Shown in pieces: positions 19,538-33,390 of a stretch of 64,000 nt of DNA (position 1 is its first letter; each line of letters begins with the position of its first letter). Origin of the DNA: Mytilus trossulus (lineage: Eukaryota); contig NC_086383.1 in the NCBI RefSeq assembly GCF_036588685.1, positions 45,136,001-45,200,000 on the forward strand, in the 5' to 3' direction. A model generated the notes under the pieces. That model searched no databases. It was given only the letters and a program-made list of their open reading frames with translations, and was not told the origin of the DNA. Made by a program: the position numbers and the translations under genes.

Positions 19538-21497
19538 GGCTACAAAGTAACAACACTTGGCCAGCACCTCATTAAGAAAGGAACATTAAGTCTATGTTTG
19601 CTTTTATTCAATTCAGTGGTTCTCTTAAATAATGTTAAACAAAGTCCCCTGCTGGCGGCCATCTTGGATGATGGATTGACTACAAAGTAACAACACTTGG
19701 TCAGCATGTCATAAGGAACATTCATGCCATGTTTGGTTTCATTCCATTCAGTGGTTCTCTAAAAGAAGTCATTTGTATGCATTTCCCATTGGGTCCAATG
19801 TTAAACAAAGTCCCCCGCTGGCGGTTATCTTGGACGATGAATCGGCTACAAAGTAACAACACTTGGTCAGCACCTTATAAGGAACATACATGCCATGTTT
19901 GGTTTCATTCCATTCAGTAGTTTTCTAAAAGGATTCATTCATATGCATTTCTCTTAGGGTCCTATGTTAAACTAAGTCCCCTGCTGGTGGCCATCTTGGA
20001 TGCTTGATCTGCTACAAAGTAACAACACTTGGTCATTACCTTATAGGGAACATTCATGACATGTTTGGTTTTATTCCATTCAGTGGTTCTCTAAAAGAAG
20101 TCATTTGTATGCATTTCCCAAAGGGTCCAATGTTTAACTAAGTCCCCCGCTGGCGACCATCTTGGATGATTGATTGGCTACAAATTAACAACACTTGGTC
20201 AGCACCTTATAGGGAACATTCATGCCATTTGATTTCATTCTATGCAGTGGTTCTCTAAATGAAGTCATTCGTATGCATTTCCAATTTGGTCCAATGTTAA
20301 ACTTAGTCCCCTGCTGGCGGCCATCTTGGATGATGGATCGGGTACAAAGTAACAACACTTGGTCAGCACCTTATAAGGAACATACATGCCATGTTTGGTT
20401 TCATTCCATTCAGTAGTTCTCTAAAAGGATTCATTCATATGCATTTCTCTTAGGGTCCTATGTTAAACTAAGTCCCCTGCTGGTGGCCATCTTGGATGCT
20501 TGATCTGCTACAAAGTAACAACACTTGGTCATCACCTTATAGGGAACATTCATGACATGTTTGGTTTTATTCCATTCAGTGGTTCTCTAAAAGAAGTCAT
20601 TTGTATGCATTTCCCATAGGGTCCAATGTTTAACTAAGTCCCCCGCTGGCGACCATCTTGGATGATTGATTGGCTACAAAGTAACAACACTTGGTCAGCA
20701 CCTTATAGGGAACATTCATGCCATTTGATTTCATTCTATGCAGTGGTTCTCTAAATGAAGTCATCCGTATGCATTTCCAATTTGGTCCAATGTTAAACTT
20801 AGTCCCCTGCTGGCGGCCATCTTGGATGATGGATCGGGTACAAAGTAACAACACTTGGTCAGCACCTTATAAGGATCATTCATGCCATGTTTGGTTTCAT
20901 TCTATGCATTGGTTCTCTAAAAGAAGTCATTTGTATGCATTTCCAATTTGGTCCAATGTTAAACTTAGTCCCCTGCTGGCGGCCATCTTGGATGATGGAT
21001 TGGCTACAAAGTAACAACACTTGGTAAACACCTTACAGGGAACATTCATGCCATGTTTGGTTTCATTCCATTCAGTGGTTCTCTAAATGAAGTCATTTGT
21101 ATGCATTTCCCATAGGGTCCTTTGTTAAACTAAGTCCCCCGATGGCGGCCATCCTGGATAATGGATTGGCTACTAAGTAACAATACTTGGTCAGCACCTT
21201 ATAAGGAACATTCGTGCCATGTTTGGTTTCATTCCATTCAGTGGTTCTCTAAAAGAAGTCATTTGTTTGCATTTCCCATTGGGTCCTATGTTAAACTAAG
21301 GCCCCCGCTTGCGGCCATTTTGGATGATGGATCGGCTTCAAAGTAACAACACTTGGTCAGCACCTTATAAGGAACATTCATGCCATGTTTGGTTTTATTC
21401 CATTCTGTGGTTTTCTAGAAAAAGTTCAAAATGTAAAAAGTTAACGACGACGCCGGACGACGAACTCCAAGTGATGAGAAATGCTCACTTGAGCTCA
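19538..21497 (-). mobile_element. HINE/Helentron-type element carrying a 166-bp satellite array (~11 monomers)
   Basis: GCCATCTTGGA recurs at 166/166/164-bp spacing. The right end has an (ACG)n microsatellite and caagtgatgagaaatgctcacttgagc, a typical HINE terminus. The other end appears truncated. Confidence 0.75.
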
Positions 21498-21620
21498 AAA
21501 TGAGAAACACTTATGAACACACCAACAAACAACTAAACATCAAATTCCTGACTTAGGACAGGTGCAAACAAATGCAGCAGGATTTTAATGGTACCAAACC
21601 TGCATCCCTACCTGAAATAA

Positions 21621-21808
21621 TACTGTGGATTCATTAATATTCATTGGATATCAATTTTCATGGGTAATAGTAAACCCTGTAATTAAATGTTTAACCAAAT
21701 AACTATTTTTCTTTAGGCCTTTATGAATACTTTGGCAAAACCACGAAATCAAAAATCCACAAACATGCAAATTTTCTTGAATCCACGAAAAGAAATGAAT
21801 CCACATTA
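21621..21808. mobile_element. MITE, TA-CTGTGGATTCATT family
   Basis: tactgtggattcatt...aatgaatccaca. Confidence 0.65.
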
Positions 21809-22664
21809 GTGTAACGTCACATCAAAGAAAGACACTATAAAATAGCAATTGAAATGGCCCAACTCAATCAATAGACATAACACAAATGAACATACAAAGA
21901 AGGAATAAATTTGATCTATGATACAATGTAAATACAAAATAATAATAAGGGATGAATAACTCGGAAATCTATGTGTCAAATATTTAATTACACTGCAGGT
22001 CTGAATTTGGATTATATCGCGCTTGAATATTCTGTGCCTTTTTGCCCTTCACGGTTGGACCTCTGCTGTCGTTTCCTGGGTGAAGCTCATTTATTTTATG
22101 AGGACACGGTAAAATTCTGGTAAAAAAAATCTGACGGTAGAAGAAATTAAGCAAAATGACTATGATCAGCAAAAATTAAATGACAGCTAGTAGTTATTGA
22201 CATGCCAGCTCTTGACCTTATTTTGATAGATTGAGATATGTCTTCATCATGTGAAAATCAACTCTAATCCGTCCACTATGCATTGACTCCCAAAGTTGAT
22301 GACATTATAGCTGGGTAAAGTTGGATTTTTAATGCTTGTTCAGAAATATGATTTTTCACGGAGACTACTATATAACAGTGTGTTCTGATAGTCTCGTGTT
22401 TTGAGTACAATACACTTAAATACAATTTATCAAACTAGTTTTCTTAATTAAACGGATTTATAGTAAAAAAAATGCACCAAATTTCAAATGAAATGGTTGT
22501 AAGCAATTGCTGACATTCCTATGGCCTCCAACAATTAGATTAACAGTACTTTGTAGCCTGCGCTAAAAGTATTCTCCAGTTGCTGATCTAGAAACTCTCA
22601 TAAGGGGGCTGGTTGACAGAATAGTTGTAGCCATCTCCAGTCATGCTTCAGTGATTCCTTAACA

Positions 22665-25600
22665 TGCATGAAATATTTGCAACTGGCCATAAATCAACAA
22701 ACAATTAAACTACTGTTGTTAGTGTGTGTCGTCCTGGACATGTATGAAATATTTGCAACTGGATGTTAAACAACAAACAATTAACATTGTTCTTTTATTG
22801 TGTGTCATGTCCTGATCGTGTATGATCTATTTGCAACTGGACGTTAAACAACTAACAATGAATTGCATGCTTGTTGTCCTGAACATGCATGAACTATTTG
22901 CAACTGGACATACAACAACAAACAATTAAAATAATGTTGTTAGTGTTTGTCGTCCTGAATATGTATGAAATATTTGCAAATGGACGTTAAACTACTAACA
23001 ATTAATCTTGTTTTGTTATGGTGTGTTGTCTTGAACCTGCATGAAATATATTTTCAACTTGATGAAATATTTTCATCTTAACGTTAAAATGAAAAATTAT
23101 CTTGCGTTGTTAGTGTGTGTCGTCCTGAAAATGCATGACATATTTGCATCTGAACATTAAACAAATAACAATTAAACCTGTGATGTTAGTTCATGTCGTC
23201 CTTAATATGTATGAAATATTTGCAACTGAATGTTAAACCAACCATTCTTGTGTTAAAGTGTGTGTCGTCCTAGTATGTATGAAATTATAGCAACTGGACG
23301 TTAGTGTTGTCCTGAACATGCACGAAATATTTGCAATTGAACATTAAACAACTAACAATTAATTTTGTGTTGTTAGTGTGTGTGTCGTCCGTAACATGCA
23401 TAAAATATTGCAACTGGACGTTAAAAAACTATCAATCTTGTGTCGTCCTGCATATGTATGAAATATTTGCAACTGGACATTTAACAACTAACAATTAATC
23501 TTGTGTGTAAGTGTGTGTCGTCCTGAACATGTATGAAATATTTGCAACTGGGAGAAAAATAATCAATTGATATTGTGTTGTTAGTATGTATCACGTCCTC
23601 AACATGTATGAAATATTTGCAATAGGACAAAAAACAACAGACAATTAAGATCGTGTTGTAAATGTGTAATGTCTTGAATATGTATGAAATATAAGCAACT
23701 GGATGAAAAACAACAAGCAATTAATATTGTTTTGTTATTGTGTGTCATGTCCTGAATATGTATGAAATATTTGCAACTGGACATTAAAGAAATAACAATT
23801 GATCTTGAGTTGTAAGTATGTGTCGTCCTGAATATGTATGAAATATTTGCAACTGGACGTTTAACAACTAGCAATTAATTTTGTGTCGTTATTGTGCGTC
23901 ATCCTGAACATGTACCTATTGGTTGTCGTCCTGAACATATATGACATATAAAAAAAAACAATTAAGATCGTGTTGTTAGTGTGTTATATCCTGAATATGT
24001 GTGAAATATTTGCAACTGGACGTTAAACAACTAGCAATTAATCTTGTGTTGTTATTGGGTGTCATCCTGAACATGTTATCATTATGTGTCGTCCTGAACA
24101 TGTATTAAATTTGCAACTGGACGTCAAACAACTAGCAATTAATTTTGTAAGCATGTGTCACATCCTGAACATGCAATGAAATATTTTCAACTGGACGAAA
24201 AACAAAATAAAACACTTAAGAGTGTTGTGTAAGTGTGTCATGACCTGAACATGCATGACATTTTTGCAACTGTAGGTTTAACAACTTACAATGTATCGTG
24301 TGTTGTTAGTTTGTGTCGAATTTGACGTAAATCAACTAAGTTAACAATAACTATTGTGTTAGTATGTGTCGTCATGAACATGCACGGACTATTTGCAACT
24401 GGACAATAAACAAATAACATTTAATCATGTGTTGTTTGTTCATGTCTTACTAAATATGTATGAAATATAAGCAACTCCCTAAATCCGTCCAGAACACGTA
24501 TGAAATATATGCAACTTGATGAAATATTTGCATATTGATTTAACATAACAATTAATCTTGTGATGTTAGTGTGTGTCGTCCTGAGAATGCATGAAGTATT
24601 TGCAACTGGACAATAAACAAATAACAATTAATCCTGTGTTGTTTGTTCATGTCGTACTAAATATGTATGAAATATAAGCAACTCCCTAAATCCGCCTCTA
24701 TTAAGCTGGATGTATTTATTGGGACTTGACGAGATGATTAACTATACATGTATATACAACGTTTCTGCAGTAAAGTATATAAATATATTTATTATACTTC
24801 ACGTTAAAATGTCATATTTTGATTGGCTAAGACGAGGGTGTCAATTTACTCTATCACATGGCTGAGCGGGTGACAATTTTTTTTAATGTTACCCTCTCGT
24901 CTAGACCAATCAGAAATCGATTATTCAAAGAACAATGAAGTTGGTTTTTTTCTAATACCCGTAACGTTGTTATGAACGTGACGTCATAGAAAATACTTTT
25001 AGAATAAAATTAATCTGTAAAAGCCAAAAATTATAGGACATTCAGTATTATAAATTAAATAACACATAGCTGAGAGGGTGATAGAGCAGATTGGAACCCC
25101 TCGAAAAGGCATTGTCAACCTTGGCTTCGCCGCGGTTGACAATATTTTCTCGGGGTACCAATCTGCTCTATCACCCTCTCAGCTATGTGTTATTTATATA
25201 ATGTTTATAGTTCTGCTTAAATAGCAGACGAGTATAATGTATACCTGTACCTTGACATTGCACAGGGTAGTTTCGTCTTCAACATGCATGAACTATTTGC
25301 AACTGGCCATAAATCAACAAACACTTAATCTTGAGTTGTTAGTATGTGTAGTTTCGTCTTTAACATGTATGAAATATTTCCAACTGGATAAAAAACAACA
25401 AACAATTTACCTTATTTTTTTTATTGTGTGTCACGTCCTAAACATGTATGAAATATTTGCAACTGGATGTTAAACAACTAACAATAGATTGCGTGTCGTC
25501 CTGAACATGCATGAACAGTTTGCAACTGGACGTAAAACTACTAACATTTAATCGTGTTTTGTTATTGTGTGTCGTCTTGAACCAGCATGCAATATTTGCA

Positions 25601-28380
25601 ACTTGGTGAAATATTTGCATCTTGACGTTAAAATAAAAAAATATCTTGCGTTGTAAGTGTATGTCGTCCTAAAAATGCATGACATATTTGCAACTGGACG
25701 TTAAACAAATAACAATTACACCTGCAATGTTAGTTCATGTTATCCTAAATATGTATGATATATTTGCAACTAGATGTTTAACCAACCATTCTTGTGTTAC
25801 AGTGTGTCGTCCTAGTGTGTATGAAATATAAGCAACTGGACGTTATTGTTGTCCTGAACATGCACGGAATATTTGCAATTGAAAATAAAACAACTAACAA
25901 TTAAGCTGGTGTTGTTAGTGTGTGTCGTCCTGAACATGCATAAAATATTTGCAACTGGACGATGAAATATTTGCAACTGGATGTTAAACCAACCATTATT
26001 GTGTAAAAGTGTGTGTCATCCTAGTACGCATGAAATATTTGCAACTGGACGTTAAAAAACTAACAATCTTGTGTCGTACTGAATATGAATGAAATATTTG
26101 CAACTGGACATTTTACAACTTACAAATAATCTTATGTGTAAGTGTTTGTCGTCCTGAACATGCATGAAATATTTGCAACAGAACGAAAAACAATCAATTG
26201 AAAGCGTGTAGTCAGTATGTGTCACGTCCTAAAAATGTATGATTTATTTGCAACTGGACATTAAACAACTAACAATGGATCGGGTGTTAATAGTTTGTGT
26301 CGTCCAGAACATGTATCAAATATTTGTAATTTGACGTTAAACAACTAACAATTAATATTGTGTTGCTATTGTGTGTCATCCTGAAAATGTATGAAATATT
26401 TGCAACTGGACATAAAACAACACACAATTAATCTTGAATTGTTAGTATGTATTGTCCTGAATATTATGAAATATTTGCAACTGGATGTCAAACAACCATT
26501 CGTCTGTTTAAGTGTGTCTCGTCCTAGTATGTATGAAATATTCGCAACTGGACGTTAGTGTTGTCCTGATCATGCACGATATGTTTGCAACTGGACATTA
26601 AAAAACGAAGAATCAATCGAAATATTTAAAATTGAACGAAAAACAAACAAAAAAAACAATTTAAATCGTGCTGTAATTTTGCCATGTCCTGAATATGTAT
26701 GAAATACTCGCAACTGGCCGTTAAACAACTAGCAATTGATCTTGTGTTGTTATTGTGTGTCATCCTGAATGTAATTATTTTGTGTCGTCCTGAACATGTA
26801 TGAAATATATAAAAAGCAATTAAAATCGTGTTGCAAGTGTGTCATGTTCTGATCATGTATGAAATATTTGTACGTTAAACAACTTACAATGAATCATGTA
26901 CGACATGTGTTGGTTTTGTGTGTCGTCCTGAACATGTATCAAGTATTTGCAATTTGACGATAATCAATAAACAATAAATATTATGTAAGTATGTGTCGTC
27001 CTGAACATGCATGAACTATTTGCAACTGGACATAAAACAACAAACAATTTATCTTCAGTTGTTAATGTGTGCCGTCCAAGAAATGCATGAAATATATGCA
27101 ACTTGATGACATATTTGCATATTGATGTTAAACTAACAAATAATCTTGTGTTGTTAGTGTGTGTCGTCCTTAGAATGCATGAACAATTTGCAACTGGACA
27201 ATAAACAAATAAAAATGTATGCTGTGTTGTTTGTTCATGTCGTACCAAATATACATGAAATATAAGCAACTAGATGTAAGTGTTGTTCTAATCATGCACG
27301 AAATATTTGCGACTGGACGTTCAAAAAGTAACAATTTTGTATCGTCCTGAATATGTATGGAATATTTGCAACTGGACATTTTACCACTAAAAATTTATCT
27401 TGTGTGTAATTGTGTGTCGTCCTAAATATGCATGAACTATTTGCAACTGGACATAAAACAACAAACAATTTATCTTCAGTTGTTAGTGTGTGCCGTCCAA
27501 GACATGCATGAATTATATGCAACTTGATGGAATATTTGCATATTGATGTTAAACTAACAAATAATCTTGCTTTGTTAGTGTGTGTCGTCCTTAGAATGCA
27601 TGAAATACTTGCAACTGGACAATAAACAAATAACTATTTATCCTGTGTTGTTAGTTCATGTCGTACATGCACGAAATATTTGCGACTGGACGTTCCAAAA
27701 CTACAAATCTTGTATCGTCCTGAATATGTATAAAATATTTACAAATGGACATTTTACCCCTAACAATAAATCTCGTATGTAAGTGTGTGTCGTCTTGAAC
27801 ATACATGAAATATTTATAACTGGACGTTAAACAACTAACAATTAATTTTGTGTTGTTTGTGTGTGTTGTCCTGAATATGTATGAAATATTTGCAACTGGA
27901 CATTTTTCCACTAACAATTTATCTTGTGTGTAAGTGTGTGTCGTCCTGAACATACATGAAATATTTGCAACTAGACATTAAACAACTAACAACTAATTGT
28001 GTGTTCTTAATGTGTCGTCATGAATGTGTATGAAATATTTGCAACTGGACGTTAAACAAATAACAATAAATCTTCTGTTGTAAGTATGTGTCGTCCTGAA
28101 CAAACACGACATATTTGCAACTGGACGTTACACAACTAACAATTAATATTGTGTTGTTTGTGTGTGTCGTCCTGAAAATGTATGAAATATTTGCAACTGG
28201 ACGTTAAACAATTTGCAACTAATCTTTTGTTGTCATTGGGTGTTGTCTTGAATATGTATGGCATATTTGCAACTGGAAGCTAAACAACAAACATTTAATA
28301 TTGTGCTGTTAGTGTGTGTCGTCCTGAACATGTATGAAATATTTGCAACTGAATGTTAAACAACTAACAATTAATCTGGT
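22665..28380. repeat. Diverged 76-bp satellite (gtcgtcctgaacatgtatgaaatatttgcaactggacgttaaacaactaacaattaa...), interrupted at ~24694-25270
   Basis: tcgtcc occurs at 28091, 28167 and 28319 (76-bp period). There are dozens of copies with indels. Confidence 0.93.
24788..25196. mobile_element. Non-autonomous element with a 141-bp terminal hairpin (Crypton-like architecture) inserted in the satellite
   Basis: Perfect 39-bp inverted arms at 25056-25094 and 25158-25196, with a GGC-TTC-GCC apex. The body contains GATTGG/CCAATCAG and TGACGTCA. Confidence 0.6.
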
Positions 28381-28594
28381 GTGGTTTGGCCCAGTGACTG
28401 TCTTGTTGGTTTATACTCAACATCTCTTTTACATATATACTTAAAAATAATCGAACCAGTTTAAATATAAAAAAATATCTATTATAATATGGCACACATC
28501 TGAGTAATGGTGCATTTCAATATTGCACAAACGGTGATTTATATATAAAAAAGAAATTACAAAATTTTAAAATTTACAAATATACTTGATATTT

Positions 28595-29656
28595 CTACAT
28601 ATTTAGCACCACTTTGTTTTTGTCGTCCGAATTTGACACATGGTCAATTTTTATGCCGTCCCAATAAGTGCCATCTCCCGGTTGTTTTAAACACTGTGTC
28701 ATTGGGAAAATAAAGTTCAACAGCCAATGTTTTCCAAATACACTTTCAAAATTTGTGAAAAAGAAATTGTTATTTTTGATTGGGATGTGGGAGGTTAGTT
28801 CATGTGCAGTTTTCCCAAGAAAACACATCAACGTTTGAGAATTGACCACAATACAACCGAAACCACCGAAAAACAGTTGAGGATAAGCTTGGAATATCAA
28901 AATAAGTACATGAAGCTCTATATTTTCGTAACCGAAAAGCCAACGGTAGAAGGCGATTGGAGGAAATAAACTAGTCCATGAATACGCTGTTGGCCAGTAA
29001 AATAGATATAAATACCAGGCATTACATGCAAATGCCCCAAGTCCACAAAGTATGGCATAAAATCCTAAAACGAAAAAGTATCTTTGATTGTAAAATCCAA
29101 TGCAATTTCCTACCATAAAGCAATGGTGATCTCGTTTTAAAATACACTTTTTGCAGATTTTACAATGATGTGCTCGCGGAGGTATGTCCATGTCGCATAT
29201 GTCACAAAATCCCCATGGCATTTCTCCATCATCACGTGATACAGTTACTCCATTCGGAACATGTCCATTAGTGTGTGCATGTGGGTCATCAAACGTTTTT
29301 ATTTTGGAAGAGGAAGATCGTGGTTTCACATCCGAATTAGTCAATAAACATAAGAAATAGTTCAACAGCCCTTCCACGCAACAAAAACATACAAACAATT
29401 GCAAACATATTTGTGTTTCATCTGTATAGTCCTCAAATAAACGTGGAATTATATAAAATAAAAATAGATAAAGCTGTGATGGACATTGAAGAGCTAAAAG
29501 AACCTTTGGAAATGACTGAGCAAGATCTCGTTCACTTTGCTTCACTTCACGTTTGTTTGTCCATTTCTTTTTAATTTCTTCTTTAAATGTTTGAAACGTG
29601 TATTTATCTTCTTCTTTAGTCTGTTGTTGTGGAATATTTACTCTGACTGTCGCCAT
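28595..29656 (-). CDS. DHHC palmitoyltransferase (ZDHHC22/24-like), paralogue A, 353 aa
   Basis: Complete cysteine-rich domain CDICDMDIPPRAHHCKICKKCILKRDHHCFMVGNCIGFYNQRYF, transmembrane helices, GKTAHE and NFESVFG motifs. An acceptor lies just upstream of the ATG. Putative 5' non-coding exon donor at ~31621. Confidence 0.95.
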   Translation of the reverse strand: MATVRVNIPQQQTKEEDKYTFQTFKEEIKKKWTNKREVKQSERDLAQSFPKVLLALQCPSQLYLFLFYIIPRLFEDYTDETQICLQLFVCFCCVEGLLNYFLCLLTNSDVKPRSSSSKIKTFDDPHAHTNGHVPNGVTVSRDDGEMPWGFCDICDMDIPPRAHHCKICKKCILKRDHHCFMVGNCIGFYNQRYFFVLGFYAILCGLGAFACNAWYLYLFYWPTAYSWTSLFPPIAFYRWLFGYENIELHVLILIFQAYPQLFFGGFGCIVVNSQTLMCFLGKTAHELTSHIPIKNNNFFFTNFESVFGKHWLLNFIFPMTQCLKQPGDGTYWDGIKIDHVSNSDDKNKVVLNM

Positions 29657-32600
29657 TTTTATCTGAAAAAGACCGTTTAAAAATAGTATTATACAGTTTG
29701 GACAGTTCAGTTGTATACATAATATGAAAATAAAAAGATTCCTATAAGTCTAGTTGTGATTGAGTGTGTGCTTGATTCATCAGCAAGATTTGTTTCATAA
29801 CGTCCTTCACGTTTTATTTCAATCTTGCTGGTCTTGGTGCATCTTTTGATGACTTTTTTACTTGCAGGAATGTTTACTCCTTCAACAGATCTACTCCTAA
29901 GGTATGTGTAAGATCAATATGTGACACGTTACTAAATAAAATAATCATTATCTTATCTTATAATAAATTTGACTGATGCATGCGAACTTGCGACCTTTTT
30001 TGTAGGAGCGTGAAGGCTGATAAACCCTGTTTATTCTTCTTTACGGCTATGTTTTCCCAAAAAAATATTAGTTAACTTTATAAATATCCGTGACCTGAAC
30101 TCGGACGTAGAAATAAACTGAAATCCTTTAAGTTAGAATGGGTTACTCTTGGCAAAAAAGCTAATACTCTAACCGTTGAAAGAACTAATACCGTCGTTCG
30201 TTTCAGTAAAATATTTTAGGAAACTATGCGATGAAGAGATGTAAAAAAAAATCCATCATCAAATAAAACTTCAAATTTTTACAATTTCATTCTGCGAGCT
30301 ACAATATACCAAAAAAAAATATCTATCGCACCCCCAATCATTGAAATATTTGCATAACTCCTACAAAATGGATTTTACTTCACTTATCACTTTATAAAAT
30401 AGATAGTGTCATTCAATCTAAAATTGACTAATAGAATTTGAAAAGTGTCCAAACTCCTGGTCAAAATTCACTTTTAACTAAAAAAAATAGATATTGAAAA
30501 TTATGTTCTTCGTCGACCAAAAAGTATAACAAAATTGTGCACTGCAAAATGACGATTACATGTACCTATAGAATCTGATAAACGTTATATGTACCATAAT
30601 TAGAATAAATGCAATAACGGAATTATATTAAGGAACATATTGGTGATGAATATCTTGTACATTTTTAAATTTGTAAACATTCAATACAAATATTTCCCAC
30701 CTATATAATAGATGTAATCCATTACCAAATTATGGCAAAATGAAAGTTCTTTTGTCACTTTGCAAAACGTTGTACTATATGCATCTGAATGTTTAAAAAA
30801 TCTTGAACCTTAAAAAAACTATTATTATTTTTTCAAACTTAATTTTAACGACAAAGTGTGAAAGCTTAGTTGTATTTACTGTCTGAAATGAATTATGTGA
30901 CATTTAAAGTTTGAAAGTATTCAAAAATTTGCTAAGGGTAAATAACAGTTGATCTACGATGTCAATCCTTTGTAAATAATTTGAATACGTTACTATTCTG
31001 TTTAAGGGCATATCCAACAGCTTATTTTAGGAAGTAATCATGACATCATTTATATTGCTTCGCCATCAACGGTTTTCGTAAGTTTGTATTGTAATGAAAT
31101 TATTCGAAGTACCGATTTGAATAGGGTTTATTGCAACTTGTTCTAGAAGTTTTCCATGTATAAATATAGTACAATCTTTGTATTCCGAAGACGAAATATA
31201 GATTTTTAATAAGCATAATTATCAAAATAAAAATGCTTGACCCTTAGTGTCAGATGGTTGCATTATAGATATGATGCTCTAAGCTCAGAAAAAGATGGAA
31301 ATAGAATAAGCAAAAACAAAGTGTCATCAGCCGGGCCAATAGCACCATGTATTTATACACGAAGAACTGGCTTTGAAGATATTGTGAAAAGGGATGACCC
31401 ATCTCTCCCCCCACCCCGAGTTTAGCTCTACAACCGGTCTTTTACCGGTATATAGGCCCCCCTTCCAAACACACGCGTGGATACTCGAAGATTATCTCAT
31501 AGGATAATTTGTTAATTAATTTGTTTTAAAAGATTAGAAATACTGTAACATGTGCCTAACATTTCAATCATAATGCTTGATAGTTAAAAAAGAAAAAAAA
31601 AGATGAGAACAAAATATTTACCTACAGTTTCTGCTCCACGCTTATCGATGTTGTTAATAATTTTTCATGGCCAATGAATTCCACCCGATTGTAAACACTC
31701 AATTGATCCCGGGTATACCTGTGATTGTTGTTCTTAGCAACCAGGTAAATACTTGCATGATACACATGTGATTACTTGATTTTTGTTTAAATGCTCAATA
31801 AATTTTAAAAAATATGAATAGAAAAAAAAACCTGACACATAATTAGCCAAATTAATAATTAAGAGAGAAAACATAACAATGGTAATTAAATCAACGTTCA
31901 GATCTTTTTTTTTAATTACGGGTTATAACTTTATTTCTTTTCTCTAGTCTGTTTCTTGACTTGTTTTTTTTTTTTTATTTTAAAATATAATGTAGCCTCA
32001 ATTTCTATCCTTTCTGTTTACAATCTTTAAAAATGAGAGAACATGATTTTTCAGAAGGCATGGAAAATAACATTTATACAATAATGTCAATGAATACAAT
32101 GAAATACGTGCAATTAAATACAACGATGATGAAGTAGAGCAGAATATAATGGATCATAATGGAACAACAGTGCCAGCGTTCTGAAGATCCATAGGTAATA
32201 CATACAATGATCATACGCAAATAAACTGAACAACATACAACATTCATAACATGCACAAACAGAAAGCATTACGGCCCTTATACAAATCTCCATTAAATAC
32301 TTACTATACATGTGCATACCCCCCCCCCCCCCCCCCCCCCCCATTACACCTTTCAAATGTTGTTGCTATCTTGCATAAGGTAGGGGATGGATTTACATTT
32401 AAAAAAGTTCAGGTCATAAATTATAAGTGGTCGATTGGGCTAATTGAAAATGGTAAACCCATTGACCCTTTTATTAAGAGTTGGTAGACTTTTCTATAAT
32501 TTTGATGTAATTTGTCCCAAAAGTAGGTAACTTAAACGTAAATTACTTATAACGAAAACGCAGGCGGGATTATTTCCATTTGCATTTTTAAAATGATGTA

Positions 32601-32934
32601 AATATATAGATTAGACCGTTGGTTTTCACGTTTGAATGGTTTTACACTAGTAATTTTGGGGCCCTTTATAGCTTGTTGTTCGGTGTGAGCCAAGGCTCCG
32701 TGTTGAAGGCCGTACATTGACCTATTTTACTTTTTTTTTAAATTGTTATTTGGATGGAGAGTTGTCTCATTGGCCCTCACACCACATCTTCCTATATCTA
32801 AAGAAGGGCACCACAAAATAATGTTGTTTTTTTTTAGCCATCTATAAATTATCGATTATAGGGTATCATGCTTTGTTCGATATTATTAAACAAAAAATCA
32901 ACACTATATCTATTCTATATATATATATATATAG

Positions 32935-33390
32935 CTGACGTCTCCTCAAATAAAAGTTGTTCATGGTGCAAGTCATGTGGTAACAGACGTTGTCTGACAA
33001 CAAAGACTAAATACTCAAACATTTACTTGCCACTCGACTGGGTCTGTGTACACTATATTTTGCAATGTTACTTGCAAAACCCAGAATGTTGTATACCTCC
33101 TACAGTGTCGATGTGGCATGCAGTATGTTGGCGAGACAAAGCAGCCATTCAACAAACAAACGCATGAATGGTCATCGAAGTGACTACACTTGCAAGCCCG
33201 ACCTACCCGTAAGTCGTCATTTGAGATCACCTGGGCACACACAAGCTGATCTAAAAAAAAAACTTACCATCACAATCATAGACCACAACGAGGGTTCGTC
33301 GAAGGTCGACAGAGTCGCTCGGGAAAATAAGAAAATAAGAAAGTTACGGACAATTTCCCCAGAGGGCATAAATGAAAAAAAAACATAGAA
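32935..33390 (+). mobile_element. Penelope-like element remnant: frameshifted GIY-YIG endonuclease
   Basis: The frame from 33061 reads CNVTCKTQNVVYLLQCRCGMQYVGETKQPFNK. After a frameshift it reads RMNGHRSD...PVSRH...RE...LRTISPEGIN. The remnant starts right after a (TA)n tract. Confidence 0.85.

Noticed and set aside
19406-27953. Many short ORFs in the 166-bp and 76-bp satellites (similar ones at 7842-8330, 55741-56526 and 60929-62287)
   Set aside because: They are periodic translations of tandem repeats with no domain signal.
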